DNA from: Oligoflexales bacterium
GTDB lineage: Bacteria > Bdellovibrionota_B > Oligoflexia > Oligoflexales > CAIYRB01
NCBI GenBank assembly: GCA_041736175.1
Contig: JBGSUI010000180.1
Location: forward strand, 1-36,543
DNA length: 36,543 nucleotides
Reading direction: 5' to 3'
A program made the translations under genes and the position numbers. The notes beneath the pieces were generated by a model. That model saw only the letters and a program-made list of their open reading frames with translations. It ran no database searches and had not been told where the DNA came from. Positions within the stretch are counted from its first letter, which is position 1. Each line of letters opens with the position of its first letter. Below, piece by piece: positions 17,501-25,219 of this stretch.

Positions 17501-18200
17501 CTTCCAGACGGTTCCAGTTTTGATACACGTGGTTGAGGCGGACACCTGCCATGGGCAGCCCTAAAAGCCGGCGCAGCGGGTGGTCGAGGTTAGCTTTCGT
17601 CTCTGTAGCTGATCGCAGTCCAGAGAGTACCCGGCAGGTTGCCCACCAACCCTGCTCGTCGTAGATCCGACGATCGAGGGGGTCCAGGAGCTGGTAGGGG
17701 CTGGGAAAATCCTGTGGGACCCCGGCTTCCCAAGGCCTGCCACGAAAGGTCCCGGAAGGGCTTGCCTCGAGAGGAAACTTGCTAACCCATTGGGTGAGCA
17801 AACTATCGATGGTGGCGATGGGCAAAAGCTGGGACTGCTCTAAAATCCGTCTGCCCACCAGGGGAGCCTTGAGGGGAGGCAGGGTCTTAAAGGAACTCCC
17901 TTGCTGTCGGTGGTGTTGGAAGTAATCCCCATTGCTCAGGTCAAACTCTCTCCCGCTCGCCTCGTCGTGGAGGAGGAGGGCTGCTTCGTGGAGGATCCGG
18001 GCCCGCATTTCGGCGGCGGCTTTTTTGGTAAAGGTCACCGTCAAAATCGACGACGGTGGTGCTCCGGCAGCCACCAGCCGTAAAAACCGTTTGCTTAGCT
18101 GGTAGGTTTTGCCGCTGCCTGCGGATGCTGCCACCAAAAAGCTCCCGTAGGGGTTTTGTGGCTGGTGTTTGAGATCACTCTTAAGATCAAAGGTAGGCAT
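14544..18200 (-). CDS. addA: ATP-dependent helicase/nuclease subunit A (UvrD-like helicase plus C-terminal nuclease)
   Basis: ASAGSGKT, TFTKKAAAEM, MLDEFQDTS, VGDQKQSIYGFR, MTIHKSKGLEY, LLYVALTRAK and LD...IVDYKT. ATG 18200 (MPTFDL) overlaps the addB stop region. Confidence 0.95.
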   Translation of the reverse strand: MPTFDLKSDLKHQPQNPYGSFLVAASAGSGKTYQLSKRFLRLVAAGAPPSSILTVTFTKKAAAEMRARILHEAALLLHDEASGREFDLSNGDYFQHHRQQGSSFKTLPPLKAPLVGRRILEQSQLLPIATIDSLLTQWVSKFPLEASPSGTFRGRPWEAGVPQDFPSPYQLLDPLDRRIYDEQGWWATCRVLSGLRSATETKANLDHPLRRLLGLPMAGVRLNHVYQNWNRLEALADQSSLIWYLEQIQGSALRSLAAPSLRIDHVTLWRGLAAPLERVAHKLSRPDLKDRVLKAVRDQDFDGLLATGIIAQKTLKVSGSLVRNTNRDLLQAEIATIDQLVKIWVNQQRLELLDQSGDALYHLFGLFRQARDTLKFQRGHLEFSDLAQGGFRLFYGDTSAGVRYLFAQTIHHVMLDEFQDTSRLQWAIFRELAQSILSTPELVREGPPPSLFIVGDQKQSIYGFREADPRVMDEAAQDFQDHLVVTPLSTSYRTTPLVLDYLNKVFGHGPEESPGTTPLIDGFPTHVAATSAEGQLLTPEAGGILIADLVTENSESGEASESGEASGPLQTEAKLVADILHRILNHQGDRPEDPFHCPIYDSDLKVYRPIRPSDCVLLYRSATHGDLYGQALRERGISSHKAEEKGFFKRREILDAIALLQMCFSWENREAFATVLKSPLGKDVKQNIDDQKVLQWLWKSSQGAAGERGQSLWDQVHVGCPEFAQKLKLLRHKAALCLPHELLDFSLNELGARGAYGRSPEDQDLARGNLLKLVEIVIELESQGLLDLVSVLTKLDQMAKDDPLGMASVTRDSVTMMTIHKSKGLEYPLVFLVDGARPWGQRESYWETTPEEDGLCYIGASSDYPVNDPGFEALRQASDTKTAAECWRLLYVALTRAKQYLVVTGHQPKQTRGLKETLIYLPLRNTLQRLGPPREVQFGDQPSTVHYHRTVGPAHQPVDDLRLQELKAQREEQRRGQQPQAIHPTAAPNTLLPRGVRIQSPSRHQEAAQEDLLDLFRSQDPSLAPGGEPPQKAPTMDVRGCPRLAKAAGTWVHKGLQHLIEGRRFDGNLHWQALAPGEYRSFDSIQDYQHDLTATGQDPWLLRLLETSLYKSSERPLVFVRGRNIFSCVLDLFVIDAQGQPVIVDYKTTRFYNREIPTQDLLAFCHERGWDEQLRDYRQGMTALFKEEASWWNSLGLVSHEPQILVYFTSLRRAVSLV
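16502..16542. repeat. In-frame 18-bp tandem duplication in addA
   Basis: CGGAGGCTTCGCCCGATT x2 plus CGGAG; encodes SESGEA-SESGEA-S. Confidence 0.9.
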
Positions 18201-21200
18201 CGGACAACTCCTCCCGGCGGCAGATCCCATGGTAGCTGCACTCGTTACACCTCCAGGGCTGAGCCCTAAAATGGAGAGTCTGGGAGGACTCATCCCCGAG
18301 GATCTCACCATAGGTTTGAGTGAGACGGGAGGTGAATTGATCGACGATGTCTTCCAGGGACTGGGTGCGAGCCTGGCTTTTACTCATACTGATAAGGTTT
18401 TGCTGGGCGGCCTGCTCCTGGCAAGCGCCGCCCGCGCTGACTCCAAGCCAGCAACCATCAAGAAGGCTGTAGTAACCCACAAGGGTTTGGCTGGGGCCAG
18501 GTGACTGGGACGCCAGGGCATAGACTAAAAGCTGGGGTGCGTCTCCAAGAACTGCCTGGCTTTTCGAGGGCAGCCCCTTGCGTTTATAGTCGAGGATCAC
18601 CTGCCCCCAGGGGGTGGTAAAGATGCTATCGATGCGGCCCGAGAGTTCAATCTGATCGACAGGACCCGGTTGGTTTTGGTCTATCTGTTTTAGGGACAGG
18701 ACGGTTTTAAAGGCCCGTTCCTGTTGGCTCTGGCGCAGGTAGATCCAGGCTTTTGACAAGGTTCCTTGGGAGCCAGCCTTGTCGTGGGCCCCCTGGGTCC
18801 AGCCACTCAGACCCGCTAGAAAGGTGCCGAGATCTGACCAACCCTTAAGCTGCATATGTAGAAAAAGCGGCGATCCCTTGACCTCCTCGGAGAGCACGTG
18901 ATCGGCTACCAACTGAAACCTGTTTGTAAAAAATTCCGGCCAGGGCTCCGCCGGTGGAGATACGGGAAGGGGTGTGATCCCGGGTCCGGGGGGTGGGTCC
19001 TGAAAAAAGACCTCTAAGACCCGGTGGAGGGCCTTGCCTTCCCTAAGGGTCCGCCGGTCATGGGACACCGAAAGGGGGTTGATCCCACACCGGTCCAGAA
19101 AAAATCGATAGGGGCACTGGAAGAGATTGGCGAGGGATGTGGCTGACTGGGTTTTCAGGCTGGAAAGTGGTGGTTTTAAGAGAGGGTCGTCTGCCCCGAC
19201 CGTGATCCAGCCAATCTCCCGTGACGAGAGCTTTGGTGGGGGTGTCAGCGCCGCTGGCTTCCCGTCGAAATCTAAAACGCTGGTGTTTAGGGACGGTTCC
19301 CCAAGACGCTCTAAGGTAGCTTCTCCTAAGACCAGAGCCATCTCTATAAAACGCGACCGGACGGCCGTCCCCCCCTGATCCGGGTAGCTCAGGACCAGGC
19401 GCGGGATCCGCGACCGCAACAGGTAAAAGGTCGTGTCCTCGATGGCTTCGAGGAGTTGCCATCCGGGTAGCCCGAGCTTGGTCTTAAGGGTGTTGTCCAG
19501 GACGTGGTCTACGGGTAGAGCCCGCGGAAACTGGCCTTCCGTGGCTCCCAGAATAAAGACTAAATCAAAAGGTATGTAGCGAGCCTCCGCAAGGCTCAGC
19601 ACTTGGATCCCATAGAGGGGGTCGCCCGTGCTATGGACTTTGATGCCGCGAAACAGTCTTTGCACCACCGTCAAAAACTCCTGTCTCGAAACCGGAAAAT
19701 CGGCGATCGCCTCAGGACCTAAGGTCGGTAAAGATTCTAGGGTCGAAAGAAAATCAACAATCGTTTGGTAGGAAGCCATACGGATGCCGATGTCTTCTTG
19801 AAACATGACCTTGGTAGGGCCGTCGAGGTGGAGTTTATCAAACTCAAAAAAGTTTTCTGGAAGTTGGCTCAAATCAAGGGGGAGATCATGGGCCACGAGG
19901 CTGCGAAACTCTTCGGCCCAGAGGCGAAAGGGTTTGCGGTGGTGTCCCGCTAGCCATGGCCCAAAGCGACGGGCCGTCGTGCGGATCAGGGGGCTCCACT
20001 GGGCATGAATTCGTGACGCCCGGTGATCTTCTACAAACCCGCACCATTGGGGAGAGTCTTCGGAGCTTAGGCTATAGTGGTCCATACTGCTCAAAAGCTG
20101 GTCCCTTGTCCCGCTCTGGCTGGCCCGCTCCACCAGGGGGTGGGTTAGATACCCTAACGCTTTGGTGAGGTCTCCTGGTCCGGCACCAAACCGTAACCAG
20201 TCTAGAATGCTCTGGAGCCAGCGACCCAGGAGGGTGGTCTCTAGGGAGGTCTGGAGGGCTACGTTAAAGGGACCAGAAAACCCCGGCATCAAAAGTTTGA
20301 GGTATTTGCCGTACATCTGGTCATCGGTGACCAGGATTGCTACAGCCGACGGATCGAGGCCGTCACGGATCGCCTGGTGGGCTTCGGCCAGGACTCCGCG
20401 GACTTCGGCCATGGGATCAGGGGCGACCAGCACCCGGAAGGGTCGGGTTTCAGCCGTGCCAGGGCTGGGCGGCGACCATTCGGGCAAGGGACGGGATCCG
20501 GGACTTATAAAACCGATTCCGTCCAACAGTTTTTGCAGAGGATTTTGGCTTGAAGGGCTGGGCGGCGGTTCACTTACCATAACCATGCATACCGGTCCCC
20601 AAAGGGAGCTATGGACAAACTGATTAAGGACCCGTGTCAAAAGGGGATTGAGGCTGGTAAACCCACCAAACAAAAGCTTCCCAGGAAGGTCCCCTCGAAG
20701 GTTCTTTGACAAGGGGAGCCCATGGGTGGCCAACTGCTCACAAAGCCAGCGGCTGCGCTGGGCCAGGCGCACGGCTGCGGGGAGACTCGGGCTGGTGTCG
20801 AGTGCCTTTTCATAGGCGAGAAAGAGGGTTTCCAGTTCTTGACAGCGCAGGGTCAAGGTATCGAGAGCCCCTTCGCTCAGAAAAGTGTTTTGGCTGACAG
20901 CCTCCTTGAGTGCCGCCCATCCCTCTTGTCCCCGGTCCCATAGGGTGATTTCGTTGAAAAGCTGCAACACCTCGTGTTCGTGGCCCAGCCTCAAAAACTT
21001 AAAGCTAGGCGCCTGTGCGGCGATCAACCCAGCCAGGAGACACTCCTGGGCTAGGGGAGGCATCAGGGGCGTGGTCAGCGCCGGGATGGTGTGCTCCCCA
21101 GCACCCTCGCAAGCAGCGTCGATCAGGGATTCAAGGTTAAAAAAACGAGGGGGATTGAACGCCCGCTTCTTTTGGCTGAGGCCCACCATGACCATGGTGG

Positions 21201-21333
21201 CCAGGCGTTGGGTGGGCAACACCAAGCCCCAACGAGGCCATTCAAAGGACTCGATCGCACTAAAATGACTAATAATTTCAGCTACGAGGCAGGTTTCTGG
21301 GGAGATGCGACGAAGGGTGGGGCCCATGGACAT
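18187..21333 (-). CDS. addB: AddB-like PD-(D/E)xK nuclease subunit
   Basis: LVLPTQR N-terminus, SATSL...QCPYRFF, GRID...ILDYK and C-terminal C..C.Y..IC (Fe-S cysteines); directly upstream of addA. Confidence 0.9.
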   Translation of the reverse strand: MSMGPTLRRISPETCLVAEIISHFSAIESFEWPRWGLVLPTQRLATMVMVGLSQKKRAFNPPRFFNLESLIDAACEGAGEHTIPALTTPLMPPLAQECLLAGLIAAQAPSFKFLRLGHEHEVLQLFNEITLWDRGQEGWAALKEAVSQNTFLSEGALDTLTLRCQELETLFLAYEKALDTSPSLPAAVRLAQRSRWLCEQLATHGLPLSKNLRGDLPGKLLFGGFTSLNPLLTRVLNQFVHSSLWGPVCMVMVSEPPPSPSSQNPLQKLLDGIGFISPGSRPLPEWSPPSPGTAETRPFRVLVAPDPMAEVRGVLAEAHQAIRDGLDPSAVAILVTDDQMYGKYLKLLMPGFSGPFNVALQTSLETTLLGRWLQSILDWLRFGAGPGDLTKALGYLTHPLVERASQSGTRDQLLSSMDHYSLSSEDSPQWCGFVEDHRASRIHAQWSPLIRTTARRFGPWLAGHHRKPFRLWAEEFRSLVAHDLPLDLSQLPENFFEFDKLHLDGPTKVMFQEDIGIRMASYQTIVDFLSTLESLPTLGPEAIADFPVSRQEFLTVVQRLFRGIKVHSTGDPLYGIQVLSLAEARYIPFDLVFILGATEGQFPRALPVDHVLDNTLKTKLGLPGWQLLEAIEDTTFYLLRSRIPRLVLSYPDQGGTAVRSRFIEMALVLGEATLERLGEPSLNTSVLDFDGKPAALTPPPKLSSREIGWITVGADDPLLKPPLSSLKTQSATSLANLFQCPYRFFLDRCGINPLSVSHDRRTLREGKALHRVLEVFFQDPPPGPGITPLPVSPPAEPWPEFFTNRFQLVADHVLSEEVKGSPLFLHMQLKGWSDLGTFLAGLSGWTQGAHDKAGSQGTLSKAWIYLRQSQQERAFKTVLSLKQIDQNQPGPVDQIELSGRIDSIFTTPWGQVILDYKRKGLPSKSQAVLGDAPQLLVYALASQSPGPSQTLVGYYSLLDGCWLGVSAGGACQEQAAQQNLISMSKSQARTQSLEDIVDQFTSRLTQTYGEILGDESSQTLHFRAQPWRCNECSYHGICRREELSDAYL

Positions 21334-21521
21334 ATCGGTCTAGCACCTTTTTAGTGATTTTGCCTTTCCCGGAGGCTGACGACAGTAGCGTGACCGCCCA
21401 AAGGATACAAGGGAAAGGATGCAAGACCCCAGGGTGATGTTTTTAACACCCTATGATCTTTGCTTGTAGAATGGTATCATTGGAAAAACGATGACATCTA
21501 ACAATAGAATGGAGTGACCCC

Positions 21522-23897
21522 ATGGCTGACGACCACAAAGACACGAATCCCTCGCAACCTGTCGCGGAAGTTCCCGAAAAAGAGGCCTCCCCATCTCTCA
21601 CGCCTCCCCCCCCCGAGAGTTCCGGTAAGTCTCAAGAGACTCTTACCCTCTCGCGGCGGGACCTTGTCGGCACCATCCCGAAGGTGGCTTTAGGGTCATG
21701 GCTGGCGACGGAGGGGGATCAGGGGCTAGCGTTTGGCAATATGATGTTGTTTAAGAAAAAGAAACAGACTCAACCATCATCCGAAGTTTATGGACTTTGG
21801 GCTTTTGGTGGAAACTATTACTGGCAACTGGGCCTTGGCGACTCGGCAGACCGCAGTAGCCCAGTCCAGGTGGGGAATTTGAGCTCATGGAGTGAGGTGG
21901 CAGGTGGATATAATTACACCATAGGACGCCGCATAGACGGCACCCTCTGGGCCATTGGCCATAACTTTTACGGTCAGCTGGGCCTAGGCGACACGGCAGA
22001 TCGCAGTAGCCCTGTGCAGGTAGGTTCGTTAAGCTCCTGGAGTGAGCTGGCGGTGGGGGAATCCTCCTTCACCGTAGCACGCCGCACAGACGGCACCCTC
22101 TGGGCTTTTGGTTATAACGGTTGGGGCCAGCTAGGCCAAGGCGACTGGACAACCCGCAGTAGCCCTGTCCAGGTGGGGACTTTAAGCTCCTGGAGTGAGG
22201 TGGCGGCGGGATACCGCCACACACTAGCACGCCGCACAGACGGCACCCTCTGGGCTTTTGGCGGAAACAGGGACGGCCAGCTGGGCCTAGGCAACACGAC
22301 AGACAGCAATAGCCCCGTCCAGGTGGGTAATTTAAGCTCCTGGAGTGATGTGTCGGCTAGAGGATTCCACACCATGGCTCGCCGCGCCGACGGCACCCTT
22401 TGGGCTTTTGGTTATAACAGTAGTGGCGAACTAGGGCTTGGCAACACGGTAAACCGCAGCAGCCCCGTCCAGGTGGGGAGTTTAAGCAGCTGGATTGAGG
22501 TGGCGGGGGGAACATACCACACCGTAGCACGCCGCACAGACAGCACACTATGGGCTTTTGGCAATAACTATTACGGCCAGCTAGGCCTCGGTAACACGGC
22601 AGACCGAAGTAGCCCCGTCCAGGTGGGGAATATAAGCAGCTGGAAAGAGGTGGCGGCAGGATACAATCAAACCATTATGAGAAGAACTGACGGGACTCTA
22701 TGGGCTTTTGGGAGGAATTCTGATGGCCAGCTCGGGGAGGGTGATACGACTAACCGCTCAAGCCCCGTCCAGGTGGGAAGTTTAAGCAACTGGACTGAGG
22801 TGGCGGGGGGAGTCAATAACACCTTCGCCCGCACCGGTCCAACCCGCTTCACCATGTGGACTTTTGGGTATGGCGCTTACGGCGAGCTTGGGATCGGGGT
22901 CGCGCAAAACCGCAGTAACCCCGTCCAAGTGGGTGTTTTAACCTCCTGGAGTGATGCCGTGGCGAGAGGCTACCACAACCTCGCCCGCCGCTCTGACGGC
23001 ACCCTATGGGCTTTTGGGCTTAACGATTATGGTCAATTGGGCATAGGCGACACTTTATACCGAAGTAGCCCCGTCCAGGTGGGTGTTTTAAGCTCCTGGA
23101 GTAAAGTGGCCGGTGGACAAAATCACTCCCTAGCACAGCGCACGGATGGCACCCTTTGGTCTTTTGGGTATAACGCTTATGGGCAGCTTGGGGTTGGCGA
23201 TCTTTTACACCGCAGTAGCCCCGTTCAGGTCGGATCTCTAAGCTCATGGACAAACGTAGCAGCTGGACATTATCACTCCTTTGGCCGTAGCGCAGACGGC
23301 ACTTTATGGGCTTTTGGCCGCAATGCCAACGGCCAGCTCGGCATAGGCAACACCTTAAACCGCAGTAGCGTTGTTCAGGTCGGGACTCTGAGCACTTGGG
23401 CAGAAGTAGCAGGGGGGGAGAATCACACCCTAGCTCGCCGTACAGACAGCACTCTTTGGGCTTTCGGCGGCAACACCCAAGGCCAGCTGGGCCTTGGCAA
23501 TTCAGCAGGCTGCAGTAGCCCCGCCCAGGTAGGTGCATTAAGTTCCTGGGTCCAATTCGCAATAGGACATCGCTCCAGCTTAACTCTCCGCGCAGACGGT
23601 ACGATGTGGTCTTTTGGGCTTAATCAGGAGGGTCAACTGGGCCTTGGACATACCACAAGCCGCAGCAGTCCCGTTCAAGTGGGTGTCCTAAGCTCGTGGA
23701 CTGAGGTAGCTGTTGGGATTGGCTATTCAAATGCTTGTCTCTCAGACGGCACCCTATGGGGTTTTGGCAGAAACGCGGAAGGCCAGCTAGGCCTAGGAGA
23801 TACTGTCAATCGGAGTATCCCGGTTCAGGTGGGGTCTTTAAGCTCTTGGGTCAATCTCAAGAGTGGAGCAAATCATACAATCGTTTTCCAGTCATAG
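21522..23897 (+). CDS. RCC1/BLIP-II-like repeat protein with 14 repeats and a twin-arginine-like leader
   Basis: SD GGAG; 14 copies of a ~50-aa unit (LWAFG.N..GQLGLG...RSSPVQVG.LSSW..VA.G..H...R.DGT); SRRDLV motif in the N-terminus. Confidence 0.92.
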   Translation: MADDHKDTNPSQPVAEVPEKEASPSLTPPPPESSGKSQETLTLSRRDLVGTIPKVALGSWLATEGDQGLAFGNMMLFKKKKQTQPSSEVYGLWAFGGNYYWQLGLGDSADRSSPVQVGNLSSWSEVAGGYNYTIGRRIDGTLWAIGHNFYGQLGLGDTADRSSPVQVGSLSSWSELAVGESSFTVARRTDGTLWAFGYNGWGQLGQGDWTTRSSPVQVGTLSSWSEVAAGYRHTLARRTDGTLWAFGGNRDGQLGLGNTTDSNSPVQVGNLSSWSDVSARGFHTMARRADGTLWAFGYNSSGELGLGNTVNRSSPVQVGSLSSWIEVAGGTYHTVARRTDSTLWAFGNNYYGQLGLGNTADRSSPVQVGNISSWKEVAAGYNQTIMRRTDGTLWAFGRNSDGQLGEGDTTNRSSPVQVGSLSNWTEVAGGVNNTFARTGPTRFTMWTFGYGAYGELGIGVAQNRSNPVQVGVLTSWSDAVARGYHNLARRSDGTLWAFGLNDYGQLGIGDTLYRSSPVQVGVLSSWSKVAGGQNHSLAQRTDGTLWSFGYNAYGQLGVGDLLHRSSPVQVGSLSSWTNVAAGHYHSFGRSADGTLWAFGRNANGQLGIGNTLNRSSVVQVGTLSTWAEVAGGENHTLARRTDSTLWAFGGNTQGQLGLGNSAGCSSPAQVGALSSWVQFAIGHRSSLTLRADGTMWSFGLNQEGQLGLGHTTSRSSPVQVGVLSSWTEVAVGIGYSNACLSDGTLWGFGRNAEGQLGLGDTVNRSIPVQVGSLSSWVNLKSGANHTIVFQS
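21793..23880 (+). repeat. Coding ~150-bp tandem repeats (RCC1 units)
   Basis: Recurrent GACGGCACCCT.TGGGCTTTTGG and AGCCCCGTCCAGGTGGG blocks at ~150-nt spacing. Confidence 0.9.
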
Positions 23898-24131
23898 TTT
23901 ATACGTACTAAGGGCGCGGCGTTAGCCGTGCTTCTTAGAGCTAGCCCCGGCATTGATTGACCTTGCTGTCAAATGCAGCAACAAAGGTTGTCACTTTTTT
24001 CCACTTAGAACGAGCAAATCCATGGGATCGATGCAATAAATTAATTTTTTGTTTTTTCTTTCGTAACAAATAATCCTTAAAAATAAATGATTTATTCTAT
24101 AAATAATTATTTTATAGAGTGGATCATTATT

Positions 24132-24147
24132 TGGTACGGCGCTTGCA
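24132..24147 (+). promoter_or_regulatory. Sigma54 (-24/-12) promoter
   Basis: TGGTACG-GCGC-TTGCA versus consensus TGGCACG-N4-TTGCW; AT-rich tract upstream; ATG at 24186. Confidence 0.7.
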
Positions 24148-24185
24148 GGACTTATTTTGAACCCATTACATCAGGAGTCCTATTT

Positions 24186-24833
24186 ATGATTAAGAAGCTT
24201 TTATTTGTGAGCGCATTGTCGATCTTTCAACCAGGGTGCCAAGGAGGCAACACTCAAGAAAAATCCACTGAAGATGGATCTTCTGTTTCCACATTTTCTG
24301 GATATGAAAACAATCGTCGGAAAACTGGTCTCAATGGTCTCGCGGGCGTAGGATTATCAAAATCCTACAAAGTCACTGGACGCACTAGCATGGGACCAAG
24401 AGATCGCAACCAATGTGAGGCCACCTATAGCGGTGACGAGAAAGTCACTGTAACCTATAGCGAACAAGGCGTCACCAAAACTTCTGCGCTTTACATCACA
24501 GGAGTTAACAATTCGGACTTTGCAACGAGTTCGAATGGCATCATCACAGATGCCTGCGGCACCATCGTCGAGGCGACCTTTATCTCCAATGGGAGAAGCG
24601 TGGTAGAACGTTTTGTGGTGGTCGACCAAATCTATGAAAGCCACGCCCAAAATGAGCCGAATCTTGATATCGCTAAGGCGGCATACTTTGATATCCGAAA
24701 AGCCCTCGGCCACAGTGACAACTTTACCCAGATCAACGTCAAGACGATTGCCAATGGTTCCTACACCTACACCCAAAATTCGGACTGTTCCTTCATGCCA
24801 GGCGTCCTTACCATCTGTGGTTTTGGTTGGTAG
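24186..24833 (+). CDS. Lipoprotein with a putative double-psi beta-barrel (RlpA/expansin/Barwin-like) domain
   Basis: SD AGGAG, MIKK signal ending QPGC; ACGTIVEATF...VVVD...LDIAKAAY resembles the DPBB pattern ACG..V.V...VVD...LDLS..AF. Confidence 0.6.
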   Translation: MIKKLLFVSALSIFQPGCQGGNTQEKSTEDGSSVSTFSGYENNRRKTGLNGLAGVGLSKSYKVTGRTSMGPRDRNQCEATYSGDEKVTVTYSEQGVTKTSALYITGVNNSDFATSSNGIITDACGTIVEATFISNGRSVVERFVVVDQIYESHAQNEPNLDIAKAAYFDIRKALGHSDNFTQINVKTIANGSYTYTQNSDCSFMPGVLTICGFGW

Positions 24834-24951
24834 AGGGCATTTTTAGGTCGATAGCTCATCTTTAGTGAAAGTGAAAATAGTTTACACATAAACTCGGTGG
24901 TTGGCTCTATTTAAACAATTAATATATTTATCAAATCGGACCTCAAAATAA

Positions 24952-24967
24952 TGGTTTGATTCTTGCT
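24952..24967 (+). promoter_or_regulatory. Possible second sigma54 promoter
   Basis: TGGTTTGATTCTTGCT: GG-N10-GC spacing with TTGCT, 50 nt before ATG 25017; weaker -24 element. Confidence 0.45.
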
Positions 24968-25016
24968 TCGCTGTAAATCTCTCTGAATAGGACCAACCAC
25001 CAACAAAGGATGCCCC

Positions 25017-25181
25017 ATGAAACTAGAATTCACAAAATTAGGGAAAATTGTGGTGTCAATCAATCTGCTCGTAGCTTGTTCGCAACAGATCTCCACCGAG
25101 GCAGAGGTCCAGTCGACCACCCAGGCAGAGCAGTGCTCGGAGACCGTCGATTTGACCGTGGCAAAAGTTCAATCCTTATAA
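25017..25181 (+). CDS. Small (54 aa) lipoprotein not in the ORF track
   Basis: SD AAGGA; MKLEFTKLGKIVVSINLLVACSQQISTEAEVQSTTQAEQCSETVDLTVAKVQSL*; lipobox LVAC. Confidence 0.6.
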   Translation: MKLEFTKLGKIVVSINLLVACSQQISTEAEVQSTTQAEQCSETVDLTVAKVQSL

Positions 25182-25219
25182 ATCATCATAAACCCTGCCT
25201 TTTGATATCGGGAGATAAT

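Noticed and set aside
18201..18311. 5' extension of addA
   Set aside because: Overlaps the conserved Cys-rich end of addB; ATG 18200 gives a normal short overlap.
21400..21462. AAAGGAT.CAAG direct repeat, AGGGTG-N10-CACCCT palindrome, and a 10-nt match AGGGTGATGT to 2585
   Set aside because: Short motifs plausible as regulator sites but with no supporting context.
21793..23880. Regular ~150-bp repeats as a CRISPR array or DGR template/variable pair
   Set aside because: Repeats are in-frame RCC1 coding units with no unique spacers; no cas or reverse transcriptase gene is in the window, and differences are not adenine-restricted.
25010..25219. 5' extension of the protease ORF
   Set aside because: SD and signal peptide start at 25220; the region is better explained by the small lipoprotein in another frame.
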